Shown one piece after another: positions 48,938 to 58,262 of a stretch of DNA of 64,000 nt (position 1 is the first letter of the stretch; the number at the start of each line of letters is the position of its first letter). Under the pieces are notes generated by a model that made no database searches, was not told where the DNA came from, and saw nothing but the letters and a program-made list of their open reading frames with translations. Source of the DNA: an uncultured Pseudomonadota bacterium (lineage in GTDB: Bacteria; Pseudomonadota; Alphaproteobacteria; JACZXZ01); assembly GCA_963749075.1 (NCBI GenBank), contig CAVVLJ010000004.1, positions 160,001 to 224,000 of the forward strand, read 5' to 3'. A program made the translations under genes and the position numbers.

Positions 48938-49756
48938 TCAGCTCCCTGTCTGCCGCTTGAGGAAGGCCACGATGTCGTTCGACGGGATGGCAAGTCCGAC
49001 GGGCGGCTCCGGCTTGGCCTTGCTGCCGCCTTCGCCCAGGAGGAAGCTCGCGATCATGCCGATGACGCGGCCCTCGCGGTCGAGCACGGGCCCGCCCGAA
49101 TGCCCGGTCTCGATCGGCATGGCGAGTGCGATCGCATTGTCGTAGCCGTAGTCGTTGTATTGGATGCGCCGGGCGAGGCGCGGCTCGAGGATGCGGCCGA
49201 CGCTCACGATGCCGCCGTGATGCTTGGGCGTGCCGATGGCGAGCGCCGGCTCGCCCGCCGCGAGCTTGCTGCTGTCGGCGAAGCGTGCCGCCGCCATGCC
49301 GGGAAAGGGGGCGATCTTGATGAGCGCCAGCTCGCGCGCGCGCTCGACCGCGACGATGCGGCCCTCGTAGCGCCGGCCGTCGAGCGTCACCACCTCGGCG
49401 CGGAACCTGGTCGCGTTCGCGATGTGCGCCGCGGTCACCACATAGCCGCGCGCGTCCGCGATGAAGCCGCTCGCGAAATTGAGCACGTTGGAGGGCTCGC
49501 TTGCCGCCTCGCTCCTCGCACCCGCCGCCTCCTCGGCGATGACGCGCACGCGCACGTAGATGCCGGCGTTCTGCTCGGCGACCGCGCGGTAATCGGGAAA
49601 ATCGACGCCGGGTGCGGGGGCATAGGGAAAGCTGAGGGCCGCCGGCCGCTCGACGCGCGCGCCGTCCGGCGTCGCCTGAGGCGAGGCGCAGCCGCCGAGC
49701 AGGCCGAGCGCAAGCGCGAGCGCCGCGGCTCTCGCGCGCCTATACGAGCTGGTCAT
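48938..49756 (-). CDS. Trypsin-like (S1C) serine protease, probable lipoprotein, no PDZ
   Basis: Lipobox LLGGC; ASGFI, TAAH, ELALIK, GHSGGP. Confidence 0.8.
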   Translation of the reverse strand: MTSSYRRARAAALALALGLLGGCASPQATPDGARVERPAALSFPYAPAPGVDFPDYRAVAEQNAGIYVRVRVIAEEAAGARSEAASEPSNVLNFASGFIADARGYVVTAAHIANATRFRAEVVTLDGRRYEGRIVAVERARELALIKIAPFPGMAAARFADSSKLAAGEPALAIGTPKHHGGIVSVGRILEPRLARRIQYNDYGYDNAIALAMPIETGHSGGPVLDREGRVIGMIASFLLGEGGSKAKPEPPVGLAIPSNDIVAFLKRQTGS

Positions 49757-50027
49757 AGAGATCGTGCCAGTCCGGGTTTTGCGAGAGGATGAGGCGAACC
49801 TTCCAGGCACGCGGCCAGTGCTTCATGGTCTTTTCGCGTTGGATCGCGGCGCGGATGTCCTCATGACGCTCGGCAAAGACGAGACGCTTCAATCCATAGC
49901 GCTTTGTGAAACCATCCACCGCACCTTCGCGATGCTCCCATGCGCGTTTGAGAAGGTCGCTTGTAACACCGATGTACAGCGTGCCATTAGGCCGATTCGT
50001 CATGATGTAGACCCATCCGCCCCGCAT
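49740..50027 (-). CDS. Small stand-alone GIY-YIG nuclease
   Basis: WVYIMTNRPNGTLYIGVTSDL..R..EH, AI.REK..K.W.R.WK..LI...NP.W.DL. Confidence 0.9.
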   Translation of the reverse strand: MRGGWVYIMTNRPNGTLYIGVTSDLLKRAWEHREGAVDGFTKRYGLKRLVFAERHEDIRAAIQREKTMKHWPRAWKVRLILSQNPDWHDLYDQLV

Positions 50028-50132
50028 GGGGCAAGTGTTGGCATGAAGCGTCGGCGCGGGCAACTGCCCTATGGTAAGCCGGGTCCCGTCGGTGTGGCCA
50101 ATGCGCGCATGGGCGTCTTAACGAGCTGGAAT

Positions 50133-50216
50133 CGTCATGGCCGGCGAAGGCCGGCCATCCACGCCTTACACCTGTCAGATTAGACGTGGATGGCCGCGAC
50201 AAGCGCGGCCATGACG
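50133..50216. repeat. CGTC-tagged REP-like palindrome doublet, copy A
   Basis: CGTCATGGCCGGCGAAGGCCGGCCATCCACG..spacer..CGTGGATGGCCGCGACAAGCGCGGCCATGACG. Confidence 0.85.
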
Positions 50217-50243
50217 GTTTAGCGAAAACTGCCGGAGCTATGA

Positions 50244-52454
50244 CTAGACCGCCCCATCGTCGTCCGCGGGCGTGCGGCCGAGGGCGGCGAAGAGCGGGCC
50301 CAGATGCTTGCGATAGTGCTTCCAGCGCCCGACCGAGCTCGCGTAGATCGGCTGGCGCACCTGCCAATAGCTCGCCGTGCGCACCGTGCGCTCGGTCGCG
50401 AAGAAGCGCAGCACGCGCTCGTCCCACGCGAGCCCGCAATAGTCGAGGAGGCGCCGGCTCCAGGGCTCGGGATCGCCGACGAGCGCCTCGTAGGGCACCT
50501 CGAGCATGGGCCGCGGCAGCACGCTCCGCCAGTGGGCCATCAGGCGCTCGTATTGGCGGTAGTATTTGCCGAGGCGGTCGAGCTCGTAGACGAAGGGCTG
50601 CGCATCCCGGAAATCCTGGAAGTAGCACGAGAGACAGGTGTCGAAGGGATCGCGCACCGCGTGGATGATGCGCGCGCGCGGCAAGAGGAGTGCCAGGAGG
50701 CCGATGCGCAGGAAATTGGACGGCAGCTTGTCGGTGACGCGCAACACCTCGCCCGCACCGTGGCCGGCGGCCTCGAGATAGCGCCCGGCGAGGAGCGCTG
50801 CCGAGCTGCGCTCGAGGAGGTGCACCGCCTCGGGATAGCCCTTGCCGGCCTGCCGTGCTGCGGGAAGCGAGGCTAGCCCGTCGACGAGGACGCGGCTCGC
50901 CGCGAGCTCGCCCGAGCCGTGCACCATGGCATGGCTCGCCAGTATCTGCTCGATGAGCGTGGTGCCCGAGCGCGGCATGCCGAGCACGAAGATGGGCCGC
51001 TCCGAGGGCGACCCGAAGGCCTCGTCGCGCGCGAAGAGATCGCGGTCGAAGACCCGCATGAGCGCCTCCACGTGGCGCACCATGGCCGCGTGGTCGTAGC
51101 CGTGCTCGGCCGCGCGCACGGCGTTCCCCTCGCGATAGTCGGCAAAGGCGGCGTCGTAGTCGCCGGCCTCGTCCGCGAGGCGGCCGAGCGCAAAGTGGAG
51201 ACTGGCGCGCTCGTGCGGCGTGAGCCGGCGCGCGGCGAGCGCCTCGCTGAGGCGCGAGCGCTCCGCCTCGGTCGGCTCGACGCCGCGCAGGTTGGCGAGG
51301 TGGACGAGTGCCGAGGGGAACTGCGGATCGCGCTCGAGCGCGCGGCGGAAGGCGGCCGCCGCCTCCTCGAACCGCCCGAGCTCCTGCAGGCAGATGCCGA
51401 GCGCGCCGTAGCCGTCGGGCAGGCTCGCGTCGAGGGCGATCGCCCGCTCCGCCTCGGCCATCGCCTCCTCCCCCGCACCGCGCGCGCGCAGCACCAGGCT
51501 GAGGCCGCTATGGGCGAGCACGGCGCGCGGCTCGGCCGCGATCGCCGAGCGGTAGTGCGCCTCGGCCTCGCCGTAGCGCCCGAGGCTCTCGCACACGCTA
51601 CCTGCGTTGATCATGGCCTGGATCAGGCCCGCGTCGGCGGCGAGCGCCTCGCGATAGGACATCAGCGCCGCCTCGAGGCGGGCGAGCTCGCGGAAGGCAT
51701 TGCCGAGATTGTAATGGAGGAGTGCGGCCTTGGGGGCCACTTCCAGGCCCTTGCGGTAGGCGGCGATCGCCCGCTCGGCCTCGCCCAGCTTGACGAGCAG
51801 GTTGCCGAGCGCCGCATGCGCCTCGACGAGGCCCGGCTCGAGCGCCACGGCACGCTCGAGATGGGGCAGTGCTGCGGCGAAGTAGGCGCCGGCGGCAAGG
51901 CAGATGCCGAGATTGAGATGCGCCCCGGCGAAATTGGGGACCAGCGCCAGCGCCTCGCGATAGCGCGCGGCCGCGGCGTCGCGCTCGCCTTGCTCCTGGA
52001 GGATGGCCGCCAGATTGAACAAAGCCTGAACGAATCTTGGATCGAGGCGGATGGCCGCCTCGAAGGCGGCGCGCGCCTCGCCGGACCGGCCTAACGTGCG
52101 CAGGGCAAGCCCGGCGAGGAAATGGGCGGCCGGGAAATCCGGCTGGGCCGCGGCGGCGGCGCGGAAAGAGGCCAGCGCCGCCTCGGGCTGGCCGAGCTGG
52201 AGGCGGGCCTGGCCCAGGGTGGCGTGGAAGATGGCGTTCCTGCCGTCGAGCGCTATGGCGCGCTCGATGGCCGCTGCCGCCGCCTGCGGCCGCCCGAGCT
52301 GGAGAGCGACCCCGCCCAGCATGTGGAGTGCTGCCGCATGGTCGGGCTCGGCCGCGAGAATGGCACGGTAGAGGGACTCGGCCTCGGCGAGCCGTCCCGC
52401 CCGCTGGTGCTCGACGGCGGCCGCGAAGCCCGCAGGAATCTCGCTTGTCTCCAT
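50244..52454 (-). CDS. TPR repeat + sulfotransferase domain protein
   Basis: About 10 TPRs; PAPS-binding GMPRSGTTL, DKLPSNF, RDP.D.CLS, YE.LV, TAS..QVRQPIY. Confidence 0.9.
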   Translation of the reverse strand: METSEIPAGFAAAVEHQRAGRLAEAESLYRAILAAEPDHAAALHMLGGVALQLGRPQAAAAAIERAIALDGRNAIFHATLGQARLQLGQPEAALASFRAAAAAQPDFPAAHFLAGLALRTLGRSGEARAAFEAAIRLDPRFVQALFNLAAILQEQGERDAAAARYREALALVPNFAGAHLNLGICLAAGAYFAAALPHLERAVALEPGLVEAHAALGNLLVKLGEAERAIAAYRKGLEVAPKAALLHYNLGNAFRELARLEAALMSYREALAADAGLIQAMINAGSVCESLGRYGEAEAHYRSAIAAEPRAVLAHSGLSLVLRARGAGEEAMAEAERAIALDASLPDGYGALGICLQELGRFEEAAAAFRRALERDPQFPSALVHLANLRGVEPTEAERSRLSEALAARRLTPHERASLHFALGRLADEAGDYDAAFADYREGNAVRAAEHGYDHAAMVRHVEALMRVFDRDLFARDEAFGSPSERPIFVLGMPRSGTTLIEQILASHAMVHGSGELAASRVLVDGLASLPAARQAGKGYPEAVHLLERSSAALLAGRYLEAAGHGAGEVLRVTDKLPSNFLRIGLLALLLPRARIIHAVRDPFDTCLSCYFQDFRDAQPFVYELDRLGKYYRQYERLMAHWRSVLPRPMLEVPYEALVGDPEPWSRRLLDYCGLAWDERVLRFFATERTVRTASYWQVRQPIYASSVGRWKHYRKHLGPLFAALGRTPADDDGAV

Positions 52455-52859
52455 TCGTGCCCGCCGCCCGAGCGGCCTCCCGTGCGTCCGATCGCAATAT
52501 TGCCCTATGTCCGAGGCCATGCCCTTGCCGGGCACGGCGCCCGGCCGCTCAGGTGCGGCCGGAGAGAGTGGCATATCACGCCTTCCCGTCCCGGGTTAAG
52601 GCCCTCGCGGCGGGCGCCGGGCCTCGACCTCGGCCGTTCGGCGGCACCTCGGGCCGCCCTCCGCGATGGCATTAACTGCCTGTGCTGGCCGCAAGATTGG
52701 CACCGTGGCAAAAAAGTCACGGGTGGGGGGTTTGTGGCCCGATTGCGGCTGAATTGCGTTGACTGGAAACGCCTGAGCCGTCAGAAACATCATGTCTCGG
52801 CTCGCCATGCGCCGAGCCATGCCTAGGCACCCGAGCCTAAAAAATCGAGAGGAGGTTCC

Positions 52860-54405
52860 ATGTTCAATAAGTCTCTGCGAACGGCCCTGCTGGGTTCCGG
52901 CGCTGCCTTCGCGATGATGGCGGGTCCGGCGCTCGCGGGTCAGGCGGACGACTTGCAGGCGCAGATCGACTCGCTTCAGTCTCGGCTCGACCAGCTCGAG
53001 AAGCAGAAGGCGTCGGTCCCGACCACGCAGGCCGCCGCCCCCGCCGACGCGGTGATCGGCGGCGACTTCCCCGGCTCCTTCAAGCTGCCGGGCTCCGACA
53101 CCTCGGTGGCGATCCACGGTTATGTGAAGGCCGACTTCATTTACGACTTCGACGAGAACCTGGGCGACACGTTCACGAATACCGGCATCACCGGGAGCCA
53201 TACGCCGCAGCAGCACCAGGGCGGCAATTTCCACTTCGGCTCCCGCCAGTCGCGCTTCAACATCGAGACGCGCACGCCGACCGATTGGGGTCAGCTGAAG
53301 ACCTTCATCGAGATGGACTTCTACGGCGGCACCGTGAACAACAACAACACGGTCGGCGGCGGCGGCAACACCTCGAACCCGCCCCGCATGCGTCACGCCT
53401 ATGGCCAGTTGGGCCCGGTTCTCGCCGGCCAGACCTGGTCGAACTTCAATGACCTGGACGACACGCCCGAGACGCTCGACTTCAACGGCGGTCAGCAGCA
53501 GTCGGGCGGCACGCGCCAGACTCAGGTGCGCTACACCTTGCCGGTGGGCAACTGGACGCTGTCGTTCGCGGCGGAGAATCCCAACCCGCGCATCTCCAGC
53601 GGCAATACCATCTCGACGTTCGAGCGGGTTTGCCACGTTCGTCGCGAACCCGGTCACCGCCGGGACGTCGCCCACGTTGGGCAACAACGCCAACGACATG
53701 CCGGACCTCACGGGCCACATCGAATACAAGGACGTGTGGGGCGACGTGAACTTGGCCGGCGTGGTGCGCCACTTCAACCTCAATACCGGTGGCAATGCCG
53801 GCAACACGACGGGCGCTGGCGTCAACTGTCAGGGCTCTTCGGCCGCCGCCGGCGCAGCCGGGGTGGGTTGCTTGATCAACACGACGGCCAGCACCTTCGC
53901 CGGCGGCCTCATCTTGGGCGGCCAGTGGAAGATCGGACAAGTGCTGGGCGGTCCCTTCGCCATGGACACGCTCGCGGCGACGGGAAGCTGGGGCCCCGGC
54001 ATCAACCGGTACTTCGACACCGGTGCTACGCCGGCCTTCGACGGCAAGGACGTCTATACGCTCAACGCTGCCGGCACGGCCATCAGCGCCTCGATCAAGA
54101 CGATCACGCAGACGGGCGGCACCATCAACTTCCAGCACTGGTGGACGCCCAACGTCCGCACGAACTTGATGTACGGCATCAGCACCTGGGACTTCGGCGG
54201 CATCCCCTACGCCGCCTCGGAGATCAGGCACGTGCAGACGGCCTACATCAACTTGATCTGGAGCCCGGTCAAGGCGGTCAACATCGGCCTCGAGTTCATG
54301 TATGGCCAGCTCAACTTCCGTCATGAGGGCGGCACTCCGGCCCTCGCGGGCGGCAACTCGGGCGACGCCAAGCGTCTCATGGCCAGCATGCAATACGTGT
54401 TCTAA
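52860..54405 (+). CDS. DcaP-family outer-membrane porin, frameshift near 53620
   Basis: GGAGG SD, signal peptide, coiled coil, GSFKLPGSDT, RQSRF, E.DF, RMRHAY, GQTWSNF; second frame PDLT..., NLIWSPV, terminal YVF. Confidence 0.85.
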
Positions 54406-54438
54406 ATCGGGACTCAACACCGATCCGAGTTCGCGACT

Positions 54439-54472
54439 GGGGCGGCGCTGCGCAAGCAGCGCCGCCTTTCTC
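54439..54472 (+). terminator. Rho-independent terminator after the porin
   Basis: GGCGGCGCTGC-GCAA-GCAGCGCCGCC followed by TTTCT. Confidence 0.7.
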
Positions 54473-54543
54473 ATGTGCGGGCGGCGCGCTATGCTGCTAG
54501 TATCTCGATCCGAGAGGTGCCTAGGCATCATTGATGCGCAGTA

Positions 54544-54646
54544 CACCCCCCTCCCTAACCCTCCCCCTCAAGGGGGGAGGGGAGATGCATGGCAAGACCA
54601 CAAAATACCCCCTCCCCCTCGAGGGGGGAGGGTGGGGAGGGGGTGA
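54544..54646. repeat. C/G-tract palindromic REP-like doublet
   Basis: CACCCCCCTCCCTAACCCTCCCCCTCAAGGGGGGAGGG ... CCCTCCCCCTCGAGGGGGGAGGGTGGGGAGGGGGTG in inverted arrangement. Confidence 0.8.
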
Positions 54647-54733
54647 CACACGCTTCAACGATGATGAGCATTAGCGATCTTGTGCCGTGTCGGCGCGCAC
54701 CGCCGGACGGCGGCCGAAAGGGAGACGTTCGCG

Positions 54734-55435
54734 ATGGAGGTCATATTCCGCTGCCCGCCCGCGCTCGAGCCGGTGCTGCCGCGGCCCTATGCCGCCGTCG
54801 AGGCGCTGCCCGAGTGGTTCAAGAGCATGCCGCTCAAGGCCCACAGCGCGCTCCTCGGGACGGACGAGTGGACCGTCAAGCGCTGTCCGCCCTTCATCGA
54901 CGCCATGACCTACGGCTTCATGATGCCGCTCGCCGCGGACATCTCCTATAAGGACGGCGCCTTCAGCTGGGACTGGGAGATCGCCGGCACGCCCTTGAGC
55001 GCGCACACGCGAAGCCCCATCGATTTCCACGACAGCGCCCAAGCGGTCGGCAGCCCGTTCTTCGAGGAGGATTCCTTCCTCGTCAAGTTCAACGGCTTCT
55101 GGACGATCGAGCTGCCGCCGGGCCACTCGCTGCTCGTGACCCATCCCATCAATCGCGCCGATCTGCCGTTCCTGACCCTGACCGGTCTCGTCGACGTCGA
55201 CCGCTACAAGGACAACTTCGTCAACTTCCCGGCGGCCTGGATCAAGAAGGACTTCGAGGGCGTGGTGGCGAAGGGAACGCCGGTGGCGCAATGCATCCCG
55301 GTCCAGCGCGAGAACTGGAGCTTGCGCTGCGAGACGCTCTCCGAGGCGGCGCTGCAGCGCCAAGCCGAGCTCCATCTGTCCATCCTCGGCGAGCCCGGCG
55401 TCTATCGCAAGCACTTCCGCTCGGCAAAGCGTTAG
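54734..55435 (+). CDS. Conserved hypothetical protein (DUF6065-like)
   Basis: TVKRCPPFIDAM..G, W.I..PPG.S.L.THP.NR, TG.VD.D, NFP, KGTP.AQ.IP; family name from memory. Confidence 0.6.
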   Translation: MEVIFRCPPALEPVLPRPYAAVEALPEWFKSMPLKAHSALLGTDEWTVKRCPPFIDAMTYGFMMPLAADISYKDGAFSWDWEIAGTPLSAHTRSPIDFHDSAQAVGSPFFEEDSFLVKFNGFWTIELPPGHSLLVTHPINRADLPFLTLTGLVDVDRYKDNFVNFPAAWIKKDFEGVVAKGTPVAQCIPVQRENWSLRCETLSEAALQRQAELHLSILGEPGVYRKHFRSAKR

Positions 55436-56274
55436 CGCGGCGGAGGGAGCTTTTTGACGGCGGCGCTCGGCCGCAGCCAGAAGGTCCCCCGTGCGGCACC
55501 GATGAGGCTGTGGAGCGACTGCTTGTAGGCGCGGGGGTCGGCCGCCGCCGCGCGCCTGTAGGATTCAAGCGCCTCCTCGAGCCGCCCGGTCTCCTGCAGG
55601 CAGAAGGCGAGATCGAGGAGTGCCGCGGCATCCTCGGGCTCGCTCGCGATGAGGCGGCGGAGGATGCCGATCGGGGCCTCGTAGTTGCCCTCGTCCATCA
55701 AGGTGCGGACGATGCCCACGCGGGCCTGGCTCCACCCCGGCCGCAGGGCGAGCGCGCGCGTATAGGCGTCCCGCGCCGGGCGCGTCTCCCCCAAGTCGGT
55801 CAGCGTATCGGCGAGATTGAACCATGCCTCGCTGTCGTCCGGGGCGAGCTCGACAGCCCGTGCAAGTGCCGTCCTGGCCGCGACGATGCTGCCGCGGATG
55901 TGGAGCAGACGCCCGATTCGCGTGAAGGCGGGTGCGAAGGGCGGCTCGCGCGAGGTGGCGCGCTCGAGCCATTCGAGCGCCTCCTTCTCCTTGCCGGATT
56001 GCGCGAGCGCCGTCGCGAGGTTGGTCTCGACCGCGGGATCGGGGTTGCCCTCGGCGGCCCCTTGCAGCGGCTCGACCGCGTCGGCGGAGCGCCCGAGTGC
56101 CAAGAGAGCCAGGCCCAGAAGGTAGAGCGTGCCGCGGTCGTCCGCTGCCGCGCCGAGCGACTGGCGCGCCAGCGCCTCGGCGGCGGCCGCGTCGCCGGCC
56201 TTGAGCGCCCGCACGGCACGCCGCCGCAGCTCGGCGGCTTGCCCGGTGCCCACGCTCGGCCGCTCCGTCATCAT
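55432..56274 (-). CDS. TPR repeat protein
   Basis: About 6-7 TPR units; no catalytic domain seen. Confidence 0.8.
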   Translation of the reverse strand: MMTERPSVGTGQAAELRRRAVRALKAGDAAAAEALARQSLGAAADDRGTLYLLGLALLALGRSADAVEPLQGAAEGNPDPAVETNLATALAQSGKEKEALEWLERATSREPPFAPAFTRIGRLLHIRGSIVAARTALARAVELAPDDSEAWFNLADTLTDLGETRPARDAYTRALALRPGWSQARVGIVRTLMDEGNYEAPIGILRRLIASEPEDAAALLDLAFCLQETGRLEEALESYRRAAAADPRAYKQSLHSLIGAARGTFWLRPSAAVKKLPPPR

Positions 56275-56367
56275 GCCGGCTGTCGTCTCCCGTGCGCGCG
56301 CGCGAACCTAGTCGCCGCGCCGCGGCGCTGTCAACGGAAAGCGGCCATCGGGCAGGGGAATAGCCTA

Positions 56368-56508
56368 TGGCCGCCTCGCCCTTCGAGACGCGCGCTTTGC
56401 GCGCTCCTCAGGGTGAGGCGGCCCCGACGTTTTGTGGATTTCCTCATCCTGAGGAGGGCGGCAGGCCCGTCTCGAAGGATGAGGAAATCCAAGCGCCGCC
56501 ATATGCGA
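56368..56508. repeat. About 140-bp dispersed palindromic repeat, copy 1
   Basis: CCTTCGAGACG..CTCCTCAGGGTGAGG / CCTCATCCTGAGGAG..CGTCTCGAAGGATGAGG; near-identical copy at 60496. Confidence 0.88.
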
Positions 56509-56606
56509 CCGCCCTGGGCCGGCGGGCATGACGAAAGAGGGGGCAGGCGTTTTGGGGTATAATGCCTGGCGGAAAGACCCGTGGCCCGAACCTTCGAGCG
56601 AGCCAG

Positions 56607-58091
56607 ATGGCCGAGCCCAAAGACAGCATGCTGCCCGTGAGCGCCGAGGAGGCGGAGCGCCCGCCGCAGGCGCGCCGGCTCACCTTGCAACAGGGCTTGG
56701 AGCTCGCCTTGCGGCACCATGGCTCCGGCGACCTGCCGCGCGCCGACCGCCTCTACCGCAAGATCCTCGAGGCCGATCCCGAGCATCCCACGGCCCTGCA
56801 GATGCTCGGCGTGATCGCGCACCAGACCGGCAAGCACGCGCTGGCGGCCGAGCTCATCGCGCACTCGCTCGTGCGCAAGCCCGACGACGCCGGCGCCCAT
56901 TGCAACCTCGGGTTGGCGCTCCAGGCGCTCGGGCGGCACGAGGAGGCGGCGGCACACTACCGCGAGGCGGTCGAGCTCGAGCCTGCGCACGCGGACGCGC
57001 TCTTCAACCTGGGCAATGCGCTCGCGGAGCTCGCGCACTTCCACGAGGCCGCCGAGAGCTTTCGCCGCGTCGTCGCCCTGAGGCCGAATTCCGCCTCGGC
57101 GCACGGCAATCTCGCGACCATGCTCGCCGAGCTGGGACGGCTCGAGGATGCGGCGGCGAGCTACCGCAAGGCGTTGGCGCTGAGGCCCGATGACGCCGAG
57201 GCGCACAGCAATCTCGGCACCACGCTTGCGGGGCTGGGATCGCTCGAGGCTGCGGCGGCGAGCTACCGCAAGGCGCTCGCCCTCAAGCCGGGCTTCGCCG
57301 ATGCCTGGTTCAACCTGCACACCACCCTCTATGCGGCGGGCGACGTGGAGCCCGCGGCACACTGCCTCGAGGAGGCGCTGAGAGCCGCACCCGGCCACCT
57401 GATGAGCCGCTTCTTTCTCGGCGTGCTGCGCGACCATCAGGGTCACGCCGAGCTCGCGGCCCGCCATTTCGCGGCACTCCCTGAGGATGGCGATCTCGTC
57501 GCCTACGCGCTCGATTCGTGGCGCTACGTCAAATCCGCGGCAGGACCGCAGCCGCGTCTTCACGGCGAGACCTCGGAGGGACTGGCCCTCGGCCTCGAGG
57601 CCGCCCGCCTCGACGGCTTAGTACTGGAATTCGGCGTCCGCTTCGGCACCACGCTCAGGCAGATCGCCGCCGGCGCCGGCCAGGAGGTGCACGGCTTCGA
57701 CACCTTCCAAGGCCTGCCCGAGGCCTGGCATGACGTGCCCGCGGGCGCCTATTCCACGGAAGGGGAGCTGCCGGAAGTGCCGCCCAACGTCCGCCTTCAC
57801 GTCGGCCCCTTCGCGGAGACGCTCCCCGGCTTTCTCGAGAGCCATCGCGGGGCCGTCCGCTTCATGCACGTGGACTGCCGTCTTTACAGCTCCGCGATGG
57901 CGGTCCTCGAGCTGCTCGCGCCGCGCATCGTCCCCGGCACCGTCATCGTCTTCGCCGAGTATCTCTTCAACCGGCGCTGGCGCGAGGACGAATTCAAGGC
58001 GCTCGAAGAGGCTGCCGGCAAGTTCGGCTGGCGCTACGACTACCTCGCCGTCAGCCTCGCCGCGAAGCAGGCGGTCGTCATCATGCGGTGA
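56607..58091 (+). CDS. TPR repeat + TylF/MycF-like class I methyltransferase domain protein
   Basis: TPRs, then LEFGVRFG, GFDTFQGLPE.W, G.F.ETLP, HVDCRLYSS, IVFAEY. Confidence 0.8.
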   Translation: MAEPKDSMLPVSAEEAERPPQARRLTLQQGLELALRHHGSGDLPRADRLYRKILEADPEHPTALQMLGVIAHQTGKHALAAELIAHSLVRKPDDAGAHCNLGLALQALGRHEEAAAHYREAVELEPAHADALFNLGNALAELAHFHEAAESFRRVVALRPNSASAHGNLATMLAELGRLEDAAASYRKALALRPDDAEAHSNLGTTLAGLGSLEAAAASYRKALALKPGFADAWFNLHTTLYAAGDVEPAAHCLEEALRAAPGHLMSRFFLGVLRDHQGHAELAARHFAALPEDGDLVAYALDSWRYVKSAAGPQPRLHGETSEGLALGLEAARLDGLVLEFGVRFGTTLRQIAAGAGQEVHGFDTFQGLPEAWHDVPAGAYSTEGELPEVPPNVRLHVGPFAETLPGFLESHRGAVRFMHVDCRLYSSAMAVLELLAPRIVPGTVIVFAEYLFNRRWREDEFKALEEAAGKFGWRYDYLAVSLAAKQAVVIMR

Positions 58092-58153
58092 GCACGCGTG
58101 CCATGCAATCATTGATATGTAGATGACCTTCCATGCGGCATCCTTCTGCGTAG

Positions 58154-58239
58154 CGTCATGGCCGCGCTTGTCGCGGCCATCCACGTCTAATATTCGACGA
58201 CCGGGAGGCGTGGATGGCCGGCCTTCGCCGGCCATGACG
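58154..58239. repeat. CGTC-tagged REP-like palindrome doublet, copy B (inverted relative to A)
   Basis: Arms identical to the reverse complement of 50133-50216; only the central spacer differs. Confidence 0.85.
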
Positions 58240-58262
58240 CTTTCGCGGCACCATGCCGCTTC

